Assembly (NCBI GenBank): GCA_051294905.1
Contig: CM119371.1
Location: 8,496,001-8,560,000 of the forward strand
Reading direction: 5' to 3'
Source: Botryllus schlosseri
Taxonomy: Eukaryota
DNA: 64,000 nucleotides
Shown here one piece after another: positions 24,577 to 37,331 of the stretch; position 1 is the stretch's first letter, and the number at the start of each line of letters is the position of its first letter. The notes under the pieces are model-generated. The model made no database searches and was not told where the DNA came from. It worked only from the letters and a program-made list of their open reading frames with translations. Position numbers and translations under genes: made by a program.

Positions 24577-26118
24577 GCGTAGACTACAGGAAATTGATAA
24601 CGGTTATAAACGAAAATACTCGACAACAAACGGAAAGTAGCATTCGCGAAAACTTCAAGAATGAATTTCTTCACGAGCCTGACTTTGAAGTTTTCCCCAA
24701 GATGAAAAAATACAATGTTGATGATTACTACAAAGGTCGTCTTCCCGAAAACAGTTCGAATGAAGAATCTTTTCGTGATTCTAGAAGGAAAGCTTATCAA
24801 AATCAGTTGATAGAGGAAGTCGGTTTTTACCGTCAATCCGACAATGGCGGTAAACCGATAACAATGGAAGAGATAATGGAATGGATGGCAAAGTCGGAGA
24901 AATTACCTTCCGGTGAAAAAGTTGGTTACACTGCAATCGTCGCCTCTGCAGGATCGGGCAAAACTACTCTCGTGCGTAGAATTGCTCGGAGAATGGTCGA
25001 AATTCCCTCCGCGAAGGAAAAGCATGAAGCGGTTCCGTTAAGGAAATCTAATATATTTCGTAGACTTATCCGAAGCGCTCTCGGAACTTCTTCCGGGAAT
25101 AAAAAAAGTAGACACTCTTTTTCCGAACCGAAACCAAAGGCAAAAATGGTACATTACGTCGAATTGAAGAACATGAAAAAAGAAATCTGTATAAAATCAT
25201 CGAAGTTTTTATTCGGCGGTCTGTTTGAAACTGAGTATGAAGAGGATGAAGCTTTCAAATGGCTGCTTAAGAATCAATCTGAAGCAATTATCATTTTTGA
25301 CGGGCTTGATCAAGTGAAGTGGGACTTTGAGGAGTCTACAGTACGAAATATCAAAACGTTTGAAAGAGCGAGCACTTCGACCATCATGTACAACATCCTA
25401 TCTCGCAGAATCCTTCGCCAAGTCAAAATCATAGTGGCGTCGCGTGAATTCAAAGTCTCCGAGTTACCGGCGCAAGCACGTCCTGAAGAAATAATCACAC
25501 TCAATGGCCTCACACTGGAAGACGCTTATAAACTGTTTACTTTTCTGCTCTGCGAGAACGGGCAGCGTCTCTGGGAGAAGATTGAAATCATGTCACCACG
25601 ACTATTACAACTAGTATCGGTCCCGGTTTTCCTGATTTTGATAGCAGTGGTGATGGGAATCAATCCAGATATACCTCCTCCGTCTACCGTGACAGAACTA
25701 TACAGCAGGATCCTGTTAGTCTTACGGGGTGTGGAAAATATCCGAAAACGCAAAGAAATCCTCTCAATAATCAACAAATTGAAGGTAATGGCGTTTGAAG
25801 GCATGGAAGAGGGGCGAGTCGTATTCTACAAAGCAGATTTGGATCGCTTTGAAGTTTCTGCGGACGAAGTACAGGATTTGATGACGAAAGTGCCTAACAA
25901 CAACATCCTCAGCTGTCACTTGATGGAAGATGACTTTACATTCTTCTTCTGTCATCAAAGCATGCAGGAATTTCTGGCAGCTAGTTTTATCTCGGAAATG
26001 GAGATCGGAATGTTCTCTCGCTTTGATGGCAAACATCTACATGAGAAACGATGGTCCGTCGTTCGAAGATTCGTTACAGGCATCGTTTACATGAAATCTA
26101 TTAGCGACCTTCACAGTG
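24577..26118 (+). CDS. NLR-type NACHT (STAND NTPase) exon of a multi-exon immune receptor gene
   Basis: 510-aa ORF with Walker A (AIVASAGSGKTT), Walker B (AIIIFDGLDQ), sensor 1 (IIVASR), VPVFL, winged-helix FCHQSMQEFLAA and HD2-like RWSVVRRFVTG. Acceptor ttttgtacag|GC at 24577 and donor AGTG|gtaagt at 26119; both ends phase 1. Confidence 0.95.
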
Positions 26119-26608
26119 GTAAGTAATCATGGTTTTACGCGGCTATTCTGCCGCAGTACCTACCTGATTATTATGGGTCGCCTATAGTTTATCATGACTT
26201 TGATGGTATTGTCACAATCGAAGGGGTGAAATAGTCGAAATATCTTAAATTCATACACGGCTAGTAAATAAGTCTTCAGTCGGTTAAATAAAACTTATAT
26301 ATCTAAAATGGGCCTCAAGTTCGCAGATAATTGAGTGTGAGCGCTACACTATGTAACATTGTTTGTTTGTTTCGGGTATTTATGGTGTCTGTCGACTAAA
26401 ATGGTCATTTACACCAGGCCTATGTTTTACATTTTTGATTTCGCTTCCGCCGACTTGTAGCACGGCCAACTTCTAAACTTATTGAACGATAGCGCTTCCG
26501 CGAACGAGATGGCTAGGATGAGACTAAATAAACCTCGAACACTTAGGTATGAATTCTGGACTCGATCTTTGTCGAACGTGCGATATTGATGCGTATGAAA
26601 TGCTCATG

Positions 26609-27437
26609 CAGGGCTGTAACTGCCTCACCCCTTAACCCCCGCGCGTTTTCAAGTCGCCAAGTATCTTGCTTATTGGGTACCCTTCCCCCAAGAAAAAATA
26701 TGCAAGATTTAAAGAAATGGGTATATCGACGTCGACCATTACCGCGGCACGACGCACAAAGACAGATGAGTTTTAGGCCATACAACATGCGACTCCAAAA
26801 AGTGTGCCAGAACGATCGCAGCGAGAAAACCGTGGCCGTAAAGGACTTCCCTTATGCTGGCCGAAAACTTGGTTATATATACAAAATACATATACGGTAG
26901 GTTTATTTGTCCATATAGGCGCCTAAAAGACTGGCGCCGAATGTTCCTGTCTTGGCAATCTGAACCTCACCAGACAAATACGATCATGCAGGAAAAAGTT
27001 ACATGCAAGTGAAGAAATACCAATCCAGAATCGTGTGATCTTTCAGTCTAGTACGTTTGGGCGATTCTATATTTTTTGATATAGCAGAAAGGACGTCACG
27101 AAATAACATCATGTAACGAAGTCATACCAAAGGGTCCGCCCGCCTTAAGATGTTCATTTTTATTTTATTTACAGACTGTACAGTTACAAACACACCTCAC
27201 TCAGCTCTACCGGTAAATCTGATTACGTGAGCACAGAGAAGCTAAAAATTGATAGCAATATATATGCGATTCCCGATCATATCGACCGATTCAGTCATGA
27301 ATTACATCGATTTCTCGCGCCTCGCGCGTTTAGACGAGGGAAGCCGACTCACGACTCACCAGCAGAAGTCCGGTCTATCACCATGTGGGGGCCCAGGGTG
27401 TTTTTATCGGGGCTGACGAAGTGTTGTTACGGCTCTG
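26609..27437. mobile_element. hAT-like MITE in the NACHT-LRR intron
   Basis: CAGGGCTGTAAC...GTTACGGCTCTG termini; perfect TSD tgctcatg; homologous segments at about 2520-2930, 15640-16590 and 34980-35235. Confidence 0.9.
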
Positions 27438-27534
27438 TGCTCATGTTATTGTGATAGACATAGTTCAATGACTCCATTTGAACCCTGCCTCATCACAGTC
27501 GCGTGAATTATTCAATTTTCACGTAAACGATTAG

Positions 27535-27893
27535 GCAAGAAACATTACGAATACCGGTACAACGACATTGCGTATTGCTTGACAGTCTCGGATCAAACAC
27601 AGAAGCAGCAAGTTCTATCTCAATCGCTCCTTTCACAACTTCACGATAAGTTTGAATACGAAGACGATCGCATGGAAATCTATACAGCAATCTACGAATC
27701 GGGCGACGACAGTCTAATGAAAGATCTTGCCGTCATCGACGCGTCTCACATCCCATTGAATCGCGATGAAGCTCATATCATTGGATCGCTTGCAGCAAGG
27801 AATGAAAACCTTGGTTATTTGAATTTATCGTTCTGCAGTATTGACGACGAGCTTTTGAGCATCATTGCCAGGTGTCTGGTAAATCGAATACAA
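27535..27893 (+). CDS. NLR post-NACHT/LRR exon (acceptor at 27535 or 27586)
   Basis: Both acceptors are phase 1 and compatible with the NACHT donor. Encodes YTAIYES and an RI-like LRR (NLGYLNLSFCSIDDELLSIIARCL). Donor CAA|gtgagt, phase 0. Confidence 0.85.
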
Positions 27894-28664
27894 GTGAGTC
27901 ATACTTTTTCAAATGATGCATTTCGTAGGAAAACTATATTATGTGTTATTCTGAAATTCATCTCATTGTGAAGTCTCCCTTCCTTAGAAACAGTGCGATA
28001 TTTGCAACTTTTCCCTGGCGATGCACTATTCGCAACAATCGCTTAGGTGTCATAATTTCACATTACTCAGGCCTATTGCGGGAAGGATAGCAATTTTCAA
28101 AATCATATTCAATGGTAAGAAACCTGTTCAGGAAACATACATTATGTAGGAGTATTTCAGGAGTATTTTTATTGATTTTTCGAATCGAAAGCAATGGCTG
28201 AAGGTTTATTACCTCGAATCCTAGCTTCTCTAAATACAATTCAATTGATTTCGTTTTTTGGAAAGTATTTACGCAATTATGGCATAACTTTACACAATTT
28301 TATTTTTCACGACTTCTGTTTAAAACATATTTTAAACAATGTGTTTTAAAACATCCAACTCTGGCCACCTCTCTCGCCAAAATGAAATTGAAAATGAATG
28401 AAAATTAGCCATCATTTGCTGAAATCAAATCGTTATCTCAAAAGAGGACAGTGTATTCCTAGAATCGGTTGAAGCTGTTTGAATGGTTTATTAAGAGACC
28501 GTGGCTCTAAAACTAGGGTAATTTCCCTTTATTATGGGGATCACGAAGATTTTGAACATTCTCAGCTTCCAAAATATGCCCTGAGGTTGCTTTGATAGTT
28601 TGACAATATATTGGCATACATTGTATTCATATTTCATTATGAAGCCCGCTCGTAGGCACTAGAG

Positions 28665-29997
28665 CGGTGGTTCTAAACCTTTTTTGACACGCGGCATCCT
28701 TGGAGATGGTCAAAAAAATCGCGCGCCCCCTGACCCCCCTTGCATTTATCGTCATGTCAAAACGAGCACATCATCTAATACAGAGGTGGGCAACGTTTTT
28801 TTATAATCATTGCTGAATTTCGATTGCTTATGTAGCGTAAGGCCGCATTCCAGGGCATAGGCGCAATGAACCATCTGGACGCAAAATTCCTACGGTAAAC
28901 TGTCCATATCCATTTCCGGTGAACTCCGGAATATTCTATTTTTCACAATGGTCTATTGTACGCACCGAAATCACGATTGGAAAAGTGATGAATAATTGAG
29001 GGGAGTGCATATTGTCGCGCGGAGCGCGAAAATTTTTCAGGGCAGCGAACGAATTGTTATTTCTTGCCTATTCCCATTCCGGCTCAGATTAAGAAGGGCG
29101 CTACTGCATTAAAATCGAAAAATGAAGTCTTGTTAAATTGCGCGGAGGGCGAAGAAAATTTCAAGATTAATTAAAATGTCTCGAAAATGCGGGAGTGAAT
29201 TCGTAATTGCAATTTGCATGTCTACGGCCGCACTCACATACTAATTGAATTAGGCGTCGACGGCCGCTCAAATTCCTTTCTACGGCCGCACGCTGCCCAC
29301 CCCTGTACTAATAGTATACATAAAGTATATCTTACGTCAATTTTGAATCTGCATCCCAGTTGCTGAATCTTTTACATTGCTGACAATTTTCTCCAAACTT
29401 GTTTAAAAATAACAAAAAAAAAATTTAACAAGACATCCATTAATTAATTTCAGGGTAGGTCATCCTTAGACTAATCCTGATGCTGGTAGTGAGTACAGAG
29501 ATCAAGGCGTCGTTCTGTCCTGCCAGGCTAAGTTTAATCAGTTTTGGAAATTAATTAAATTGTGTTGATTTATAGCCTAATTGAGGGCGAAACCGTGCAA
29601 CCTGTGTTGCATTTAAGTCTGTCTAAGGCAGTGCAGTTCGCAAGCTATTACCAACAGCTGCCCAGCGCGACAAGCTTTAGGATACTGCCCAAGCTATGAA
29701 GCAATAAATGACTTATACGTGGGAATTGCTCTCTATATCTCCAAAGAATATCAAAAATTTGCTCAAATGAAGTTGAAATCAGACTATACTCCGTTGAGCA
29801 CGGTTGCTAGAGTTTTTATTTTGCAAGCTTTCTTGAATATGGAATAAATTTCATCTTCAATAATCGTCTTCTCATAATGGATGTGAAACACATGTTCAGA
29901 CACGTACAATTTATAATGACTTCGTCAATTTCTCGTGCCCCCTGAGAGCCTCCTACGCCCCCAAAGGAGGGCGCGCCTCACAGGCTGAGAACCCCTG
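28665..29997. mobile_element. Composite non-autonomous hAT element (internal TIR near 29305)
   Basis: CGGTGGTTCT...GAGAACCCCTG termini; perfect TSD cactagag. Confidence 0.88.
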
Positions 29998-30582
29998 CAC
30001 TAGAGATTGCCACAATAATAAAGTAACACTAGCAGGAATATGGAAATCTGGAAATGACTAATATTCTGGAAATCCAAATCCCGTCGATTTGGGAATTATT
30101 TCTAATGAAGGCAATAAATTTTCATCATATTGCTTCGAGAAATATGTATTCAATTAAATTTGATTGCTTACGAATTTGCTGATAGCACAATTATTCAGCA
30201 TTTACTTACATAATGTACGTTGTATGGAATATCCTTAGGTCATATAACCTAAATAGATTCTGCCTTCCACACTGTCTTTCACGATTAGTTCTCTTCAACG
30301 CTTCGTAAAATATTTTTATCGTTCCATGTGAAGGAAGTAGATTTGCGTGGCAATACGTTCTCAGCAACAGCACTAGGTTCACTTCTTCGACATCGTCCGA
30401 TTGAATCGCCATCTGGAAAAATGGATTGGGAAGTGAGATCGATTCCATGATTTATTTGCGTATTAACAAGTCTAAAGGCACCGAACTGTAATTTTATGTG
30501 GATATGCGAAGACTTGTGACGTGACAATCGTTCGTGATCCATGACGCCATAGTCGTGATAGAAAGCATTATACAACATATCC

Positions 30583-31475
30583 TCTGCAATAACGCTGTTA
30601 AAAAACAAAATTTCTTCTGATATCAGTGGCTATGTTATAGAGTTGTTAGGTTGGAGAAAATACGCTGCACACAAGCTTATGGTCAATTGCAACCATAGAA
30701 GCGATTTTCATGCACTGCAAAGTTTTTGATTTAACATTTGAAAATAAAAAAAATTCACTTTTTTTTGTATACCCCCTGACATTGTTGACCCGTCAGTAGA
30801 GATGTTGCACATCAAATTTGGCTCAATTCAAACCAATTAGAAGGGAAGTTATTGCAGTAAAAAAAAATTGAATTCCAATAAAATAGTTTTTGCGGTGGCT
30901 AACTCTTTGATTATTTATTTTAATGGTTGGTTCGTGGTACAAAACTTGATGATAGCTTTTAATAAAACCTCGATTTTAGTAGAATATTTATTTCACTCGA
31001 AGACTTTTCTAGTGCCCATTTTCAAGAGTTAACGACACACTAAAGGGATTTGATCAGATTTGGTGTGCATTCAGTGAGCCATTAACTCTTAAAATGAGGC
31101 ACCCGAATAGTATTTAAGTTTAATAAATATTGTACTAAAATTGATGTTGTATTTAAAGCTATAGGATGATTATTTCTTATAAAATAATGCAATTGGAAGT
31201 TTTACTACAGCAATAACTTCGCTTCTAGAAGTTGGAATTGAGCCAAATTTAGTATGCATCAACTCTGGTGATAGCCCAGCAATATTATGGGTTGACAGAA
31301 AAAATTTTAATTTTTTTCAATGATATTCCAAAGTTTTCACAACATGAATCTCGCTGCTACTAGTTGGACGTCAGCCAAATTTGTTTTACGGCGTTGCTTC
31401 AACCAACCTACCAATTGTATCGCATAACCAGTGAAATCTGAAGAAAACTTTTTTTTTCCTAACAGCCCTACTCTG
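30583..31475. repeat. Degenerate long inverted repeat (old foldback element)
   Basis: Left and right arms are diverged reverse complements (for example ttcttctgatatcagtgg / ccagtgaaatctgaagaa). The central part resembles 2935-3070. Confidence 0.65.
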
Positions 31476-31977
31476 CATTCACCCCGAAGCCGTATAGTAC
31501 GTATTCACTGATATCATATTTTAATATCCGCACTGTGTCATTAATATCGAGCTATGTAATCGAATTTAGTGAAATGGTTGATTATGTAGCGTAGTGGCAG
31601 AAAAAAGAGCGCTGAGGTAATGTCACGATCTCATCAACAAAAATTCGCTTTCTACCAAATTGAGAACGAATGAAATGAATGCAACGCAATCAAATTTGAT
31701 ATTGATTGTGCATCAATATTTTGTCAAATTATGTCGCATTTACGTAATCAAACATCGCGTGCCTCTAAAATGTTGCCAATACTTCTTGCCTCATATAAAT
31801 GAGTGTTTGCGGAGATATCGAGTCCCAAAATGCCGCCATCGGCCAAAACGCCGGTAAAATTAGTGAACCGTGTTGTGATGTTGTGTTCGTCACTGTATTT
31901 GCGATATGACGTCACGATATTTGATGGATGATCGATAAAATGCGCGAACTCGAGTTTCACATCTGAACAATATTTAG

Positions 31978-32085
31978 GTTGTCTGGCTGACTGTAGATGA
32001 AGGGGGAGGGTGGGTGGTATTGAAGAACAAAGAAGAAGTCATCAAGATAATTGGCGAGAATGTTGACGGTCACTTCATCATCAAG
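31978..32085 (+). CDS. Candidate NLR C-terminal exon (VVWLTVDEGGGWVVLKNKEEVIKIIGENVDGHFIIK)
   Basis: tatttag|GTT acceptor, AAG|gttgga donor, open and phase 0-0. No diagnostic motif. Confidence 0.45.
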
Positions 32086-32539
32086 GTTGGATAGTCAGTT
32101 GATTAAGTTTGATAACGAGTCCATACTAATGATTGAACCAAAGTTTTGCCCATCTCACTGAATTTACTATGCACGAAAATGTAAACAACACTATTAAGGC
32201 ACGTAGAGCGATGACTTGGCAGTGTAGTATAGCAAGGCTGTAGTGGATAACGTAATTATGAGCGCTATGAAGACGCAATGATTTTGTAGGGAATAGTAAG
32301 CTTACAGCCCATGCTGTTTTTGTACATAGTGAAATAATACATTTTTTGTTGGCACCGTGCTTTAATTCTCAATTCTCTTCGGAATTGTAGATCACATCGA
32401 TAACAAATCAAAGTATGAGGTATTTCCCCATCGTTATTTTAAACAGACAAGCCATGTTCTTGAAATATTTCGAAATCCGGGATTGTGGTGGGGGTGGAAA
32501 CTTCAAGGTATATTCTGGACACTGTTCTGCTCTGACCTC

Positions 32540-33935
32540 TGCCTGCACGCGATACGATAGTGATTTGCCACCACCCCCTTTCTCGCGTAAAGTTTAAGAT
32601 GAACTTTTGAATATGGTCACTTGCTCTGGTGAATTTAGTTTTAATGATACTATGTAGAGACAAATCGATGGTTTAGCTATGGGATCCCCTCTCGTCCCGA
32701 TTTTAGCAAATATATTTGTGTGATTCCATGAGAACAAATTATTTGCAGCTGATACAATCAAAAAACCTTTTATGTATCGTCGATATGTGGACGACACCTT
32801 CGTCATCTGCCATAACGAGATAGAGTTTGACGATTTTCTAATCTAACTAACTTGAATGCGCTACATCCCTCATTGAAATTCACATTTGAAAAAGAGTGCG
32901 GCAGCTCGTTACCGTTCTTGGACGTTCTTGTAGAGAAACAGGGTAATAACATCGTTACTTCGGTGTACCGGAAACCAACATTTTCCGGACAATATCTGCG
33001 TTGGAATTCGTTCAGCCCAAACCGCCGTAAACTGAATCTAATTGGAACATTGGTACATAGAGCATTGATGATCTGTTCGGATGTAAAATTAAACTCGGAA
33101 CTCGAATATATTCGAAAAATTTTAATTGATAACGGTTACCCGGAACATATCATCAAGCGCTCTATGGACAGAAAACTCAACAATTTCAATGCCAGCAATT
33201 CCCAAAACACGAACGAATGCCCTGAGAATAATGTATACATACATTTACCGTGGTTGGGTCCCACCTCTTCTCGTTTTGAGAAACAGTTGATCTCCGCCGT
33301 AGATCGTTGTTACGACAACGTGAAAACGAATGTTGTATTCACTACCAAACAACTACTTACTTCCTGCAACGCGCAAAGATGTTCTTCCCACTTCTCAACA
33401 AAGCAATATAGTTTACGAATTTAAGTGCCACTGTGATTGTCGATACGTAGGAAGAACAACTCAGCGCTTGCAGGAACGTATCAAACAACATGTACCGCGC
33501 GTTATTAGACTACGTAAATTAAATTCCCAGGAACAGGCCGCTGAAACTGACCTGAGGGTGTTCGAACACAATCAGGCCGTGGCAGTGAACTGAGCTGAGC
33601 ATGCTACTTGCGCCAATAACTATTATGACGACAGACTCTCAATTTAGGGTAGAGATCGCACACTTTTCCACTTGTCCGCGCTGGAATCGACATTCATTAA
33701 GATCCATCAACCACGCTTATGCCAGCAGAAGGAACGCTTGCTTCAGCTAAATATTGGCCACTAGCTGCGCTCGCGGGTTGTCTGCATTTGATGTTGTTTT
33801 GTTTCTATGACGTCACAATTGGCTTTATGCAATGTAGTTATATGCAAGTTTTTGGAATTCTCTTTATGCCGACGATTACCCCTGAAGAGTGTTGGCTCGA
33901 AAAGCTTCGGATTTAATATATTTGTAATAGGAATA
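32540..33935 (+). mobile_element. Penelope-like retroelement, 5'-truncated (RT + GIY-YIG), decayed
   Basis: QIDGLAMGSPL, YRRYVDDTF, LHPSLKFTFEKE, LPFLDVLV, VYRKPT and NIVYEFKCHCDCRYVGRT...RIKQH; stops and frameshifts. Confidence 0.93.
33875..33915 (+). ncRNA. Candidate minimal type I hammerhead ribozyme of the Penelope 3' repeat
   Basis: CC-CTGAAGA-G..C-GAAA-AGC-TTC-GG: catalytic core boxes, palindromic stem III (AAGCTT) and the expected position after the GIY-YIG ORF. Confidence 0.65.
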
Positions 33936-34456
33936 TATTATTAAAATGTATAATAAAGTTCTGTACCCCCAAAAGTCTCTTCAAATATGTTCCAATAGCG
34001 CGAAGATTTCGCCTAGCCCGCAGTAGGCAGAAGTAGTCACTATTGTAAAGCGAACCTGACGTGATTGTACAATACGTAAGCCGAAACTGATCTGACCTCA
34101 TTGATAGTTTTTTCTTCTTGATTGAGTACCTAGTGTGTGGTGTCAACATTGTACGTTGTGTGGTGCTTTCTAATTCAGTTCGTGTTTGAGTGCTCTGTAT
34201 CATGGTTATTTTTCTTCCACGACGCGTCGAATTGACACTCTTCGAAAACTACTTCGGACTCAGACGGCATCGTATTCAAACTCTTACTGTGTGAGGTGTT
34301 GGAGTAATTTCTTGGCTTGACTTTGATTTATCTTTTTGCAATTCACTGATATTTCTTATGAATTTTGGTAATGAAATTCTTCGGTCACACATATATCTTA
34401 GGGCTTCTTGTTGGTGGATTGTGAGTTTGTGACCTCACAGCACTTTATTTTCGCAG

Positions 34457-34597
34457 GATTCCACTCCATCATTCAAAATGGTTCTTTCCTTCGCAGCAGT
34501 GGGATTTTTGATCAACCTCTTCGATACAGAATTTATCAAATTGATTGAAGAACTGTATGTCAAGCAGGCTGGTTTGAGGGAGTTATCAGAACGTAAA
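34457..34597 (+). CDS. Candidate NLR C-terminal exon (DSTPSFKMVLSF...IKLIEELYVKQAGLRELSERK)
   Basis: Strong acceptor tttattttcgcag|GAT, open in phase 0, LRR-like IEELYV. Donor at 34598 (gtaaaa) or 34607 (gtctgc). Confidence 0.55.
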
Positions 34598-36947
34598 GTA
34601 AAAAAGGTCTGCTGCAGATATATTTTTCTTATGCTATTTATTTGGTTTCATGTTTGCCGTCATTTGAACTTCGAATCACGGTTGACTGATTCGACTATTC
34701 TATTTGCTTCTACTTCCAGACGTACTTCATACTACAATAAGTAATCCAGAAATCGATGCCTAGATATCTAACAAAAATAAGTAACCGAACGATTTCTTGT
34801 GTGTGCTTGAATTAATAATAATAATGGTTGGGTACTTTGCAGGTGGCCAAATCGTTTGGGGGTTCATTAAATATGTATATGGAACATCTGTTTCAATTTG
34901 TATTTGCTCTAGGCAAATACTGCAAATAGTGCTGGCTCACTTAACAGTACAATTAGTTTCGTGGCAAAAGCGAACAAGGTGATACGGGTAGGTTTATCAC
35001 CCTGTGGGAACCCTAGACCGACGTTTATCATTATTATTATTATTATTATTATTTTTTTGGGGGGGGGCTGACGAAGAACTGTGTCGTTCCTGCCAACGGA
35101 TATACGCACGCAGATGTTTAATTTTTATGGGCTCTACCATTTCAAATACACTTCCCTCAGCTCTACCTGTAAAACTGATTACGTGAGCAGAGAGAATAAT
35201 AAAAATTGATGGCAATACATATGTAATTCTCGATCAGGGGTCACCAACACGCGGCCCGCGACGTCATATTTTGCGGCCCGCGGCCCGATTTGAGATTTCA
35301 GAAAAATGCTTGGCAAAGCATTTTAAAATGCTGAAATTGATTTCATATTAAACGTACTGTTGTGCCAATGGCGTTAAGCGATTGATTTGAACCATGCCAA
35401 AAATTCATATTTTGATGAATATTTTTGATACAATTTATCTCCCTGGTAGCCTACTCGTGCGGCCCCGACCGTATTCTGAAATTTTAATTTTTGCCCTGAC
35501 ACCTGAAAAGTTTGACAACCACCGCTTTAAGTACTTATACAAGTGGTCATCTTCCTGCTTTGATTTGGTCAATTTTGCGGCAAGACCACTTACTGGTTAC
35601 AATTTGAATTCTGGAAAGTATTAAGCAGTCCATAAGTTTCCATCAAAATTATGAAGGAAATTGTCAGAATAACCATGTACTCTGGAAATATGGAAGTGAC
35701 TTGTTAATAGATGTGGTTAGAATACCAGTACTTGTACTTTTTCAGAATACTCAAATAAATTTTGCCTACCTCCGCTATTTACTCAAGCGACAATGATTTT
35801 TACTACTTCCATTTCTGCCTTAGCAGTTCCTCTACATAGGGTTACCAAACGTCCCCCATTAGGATGATTTGTCCTCCTTTTTTCGGGTTATTGAAAATGT
35901 CCTCCGAGGACGCCTAAATGTCCTCATTTTTCAGATTTTGTCTTCTTTTTTTCAGAATAGTAGTGAAACACATGGCAAAATTCGACCGAGATACCATAAA
36001 ATAGCACTCAACTAACGGTCTGGCGGGTATTTTGGGATCTGAGCTAAAGTTGACCATTTTTAGTCGAATACCTGATAAAGTGAAGGGCACTGAGCAGGAA
36101 ACTTGACCTATTATTTTAGTCAACCGACTACAAAGTGGAAAAGGTTTACCGTTTTACGGAATATGGTAACCCTATTTTACAAGACTAATTGCTTGTTGTA
36201 TTTTACATTCGTGTAGTTCGTGCTAAGTTTTCATAAATTTTGATTCTGGAAAATATAAAGTACCATATAAATAAGTGTTCATCTATTTTATAAGTGAAAC
36301 TGTACGCTCAAGCATTGGCGTTGTCAGAGGTGAAAATCATCAATGCCTCATACAAATAGTTGTTTTGGAAAGCATTTAGTTAATAATTAGTGTGGAGTAA
36401 GGTATGCGTCTCCGTGCCAAGTGTATGGGAAGTTTTGCGTAAACATGAGTGACCGTGTTACATGGTCCGCGTTTCTTTATATCCAGAGGTGGTTAGTAAC
36501 GGAATAATGGATTATTCCTACTTTACTACTTACTCAAGTAGTTATGATTTTAGAGTACTTTTAATTCTATTTGACGGTTTTCATTTTTTAGACAAAACTA
36601 GGCCTTGAGTACTCATTTTTTTACTACCTGCATATTGCTTCTTCTACCTCTACTGAGTAGAAATTGAAGGCGTGACTTCTACTTGACTACCGACGATGAC
36701 TACTTTGACCACAATCTTTTATAACATATGTTTGTACAATGCATATCATATTCCTGAGTAGATATAAAAACAAATAAAAGATATTCTGGAATGAAACTAA
36801 AATCGATGTAGTATATGCATTATGCAGAATCAAGAAATCATACTGATTAGCTTACTATTGTACTGTGACTATATGAATAATTATTCAAATGGGTAATCAT
36901 CGTAACAATCACACCATCTTACTTAATGGAACTAATATTGTGTTCAG

Positions 36948-37028
36948 ATAAGCAAGATCCTGCTCGATTGCACAGAAGAAGAAAACATTGACTGGTCTTT
37001 GATTGAGACTTGCTGCAGAGAGTATCAA
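36948..37028 (+). CDS. NLR C-terminal exon, degenerate LRR-sized unit (ISKILLDCTEEENIDWSLIETCCREYQ)
   Basis: gtgttcag|ATA acceptor, CAA|gtacaa donor, 27 codons, phase 0-0. Confidence 0.65.
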
Positions 37029-37163
37029 GTACAATTCCTGATTCGATTCCCAAAATATTTTCAAGCGCATTTACATTTACCTATCATTTTATATGACTTC
37101 GAACCCAATCATCTCTTCGGCAGCTATCTTAAAGTATGGAAACAACTGTTTTTCACATTTTAG

Positions 37164-37331
37164 TTGAATCTCCTGGATATTGTCGTGAATGGTCAGAGAC
37201 CCTACGAATATTGCAATCGAAATTTGGAGCGCCGGACCGCAATTCCCGTTCCTGTCCATATCCATGCCATGTTTTACGTTGAGAAAGCAGATGAATTCAG
37301 GAAAGCGTTAGAAGCATGTCAGCAATGGAAG
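37164..37331 (+). CDS. NLR C-terminal exon (LNLLDIVVNG...KALEACQQWK)
   Basis: cattttag|TTG acceptor, AAG|gtagta donor, 56 codons (two LRR-sized units), phase 0-0. Confidence 0.65.

Noticed and set aside
24594..24596. ORF-track start of the NACHT protein
   Set aside because: It is a TTG inside an internal exon; the exon starts at the acceptor at 24577.
28194..28350. ATGGCTGAAGG (MAEG) as a third N-terminal cassette
   Set aside because: No similarity beyond four codons and no following motif exon.
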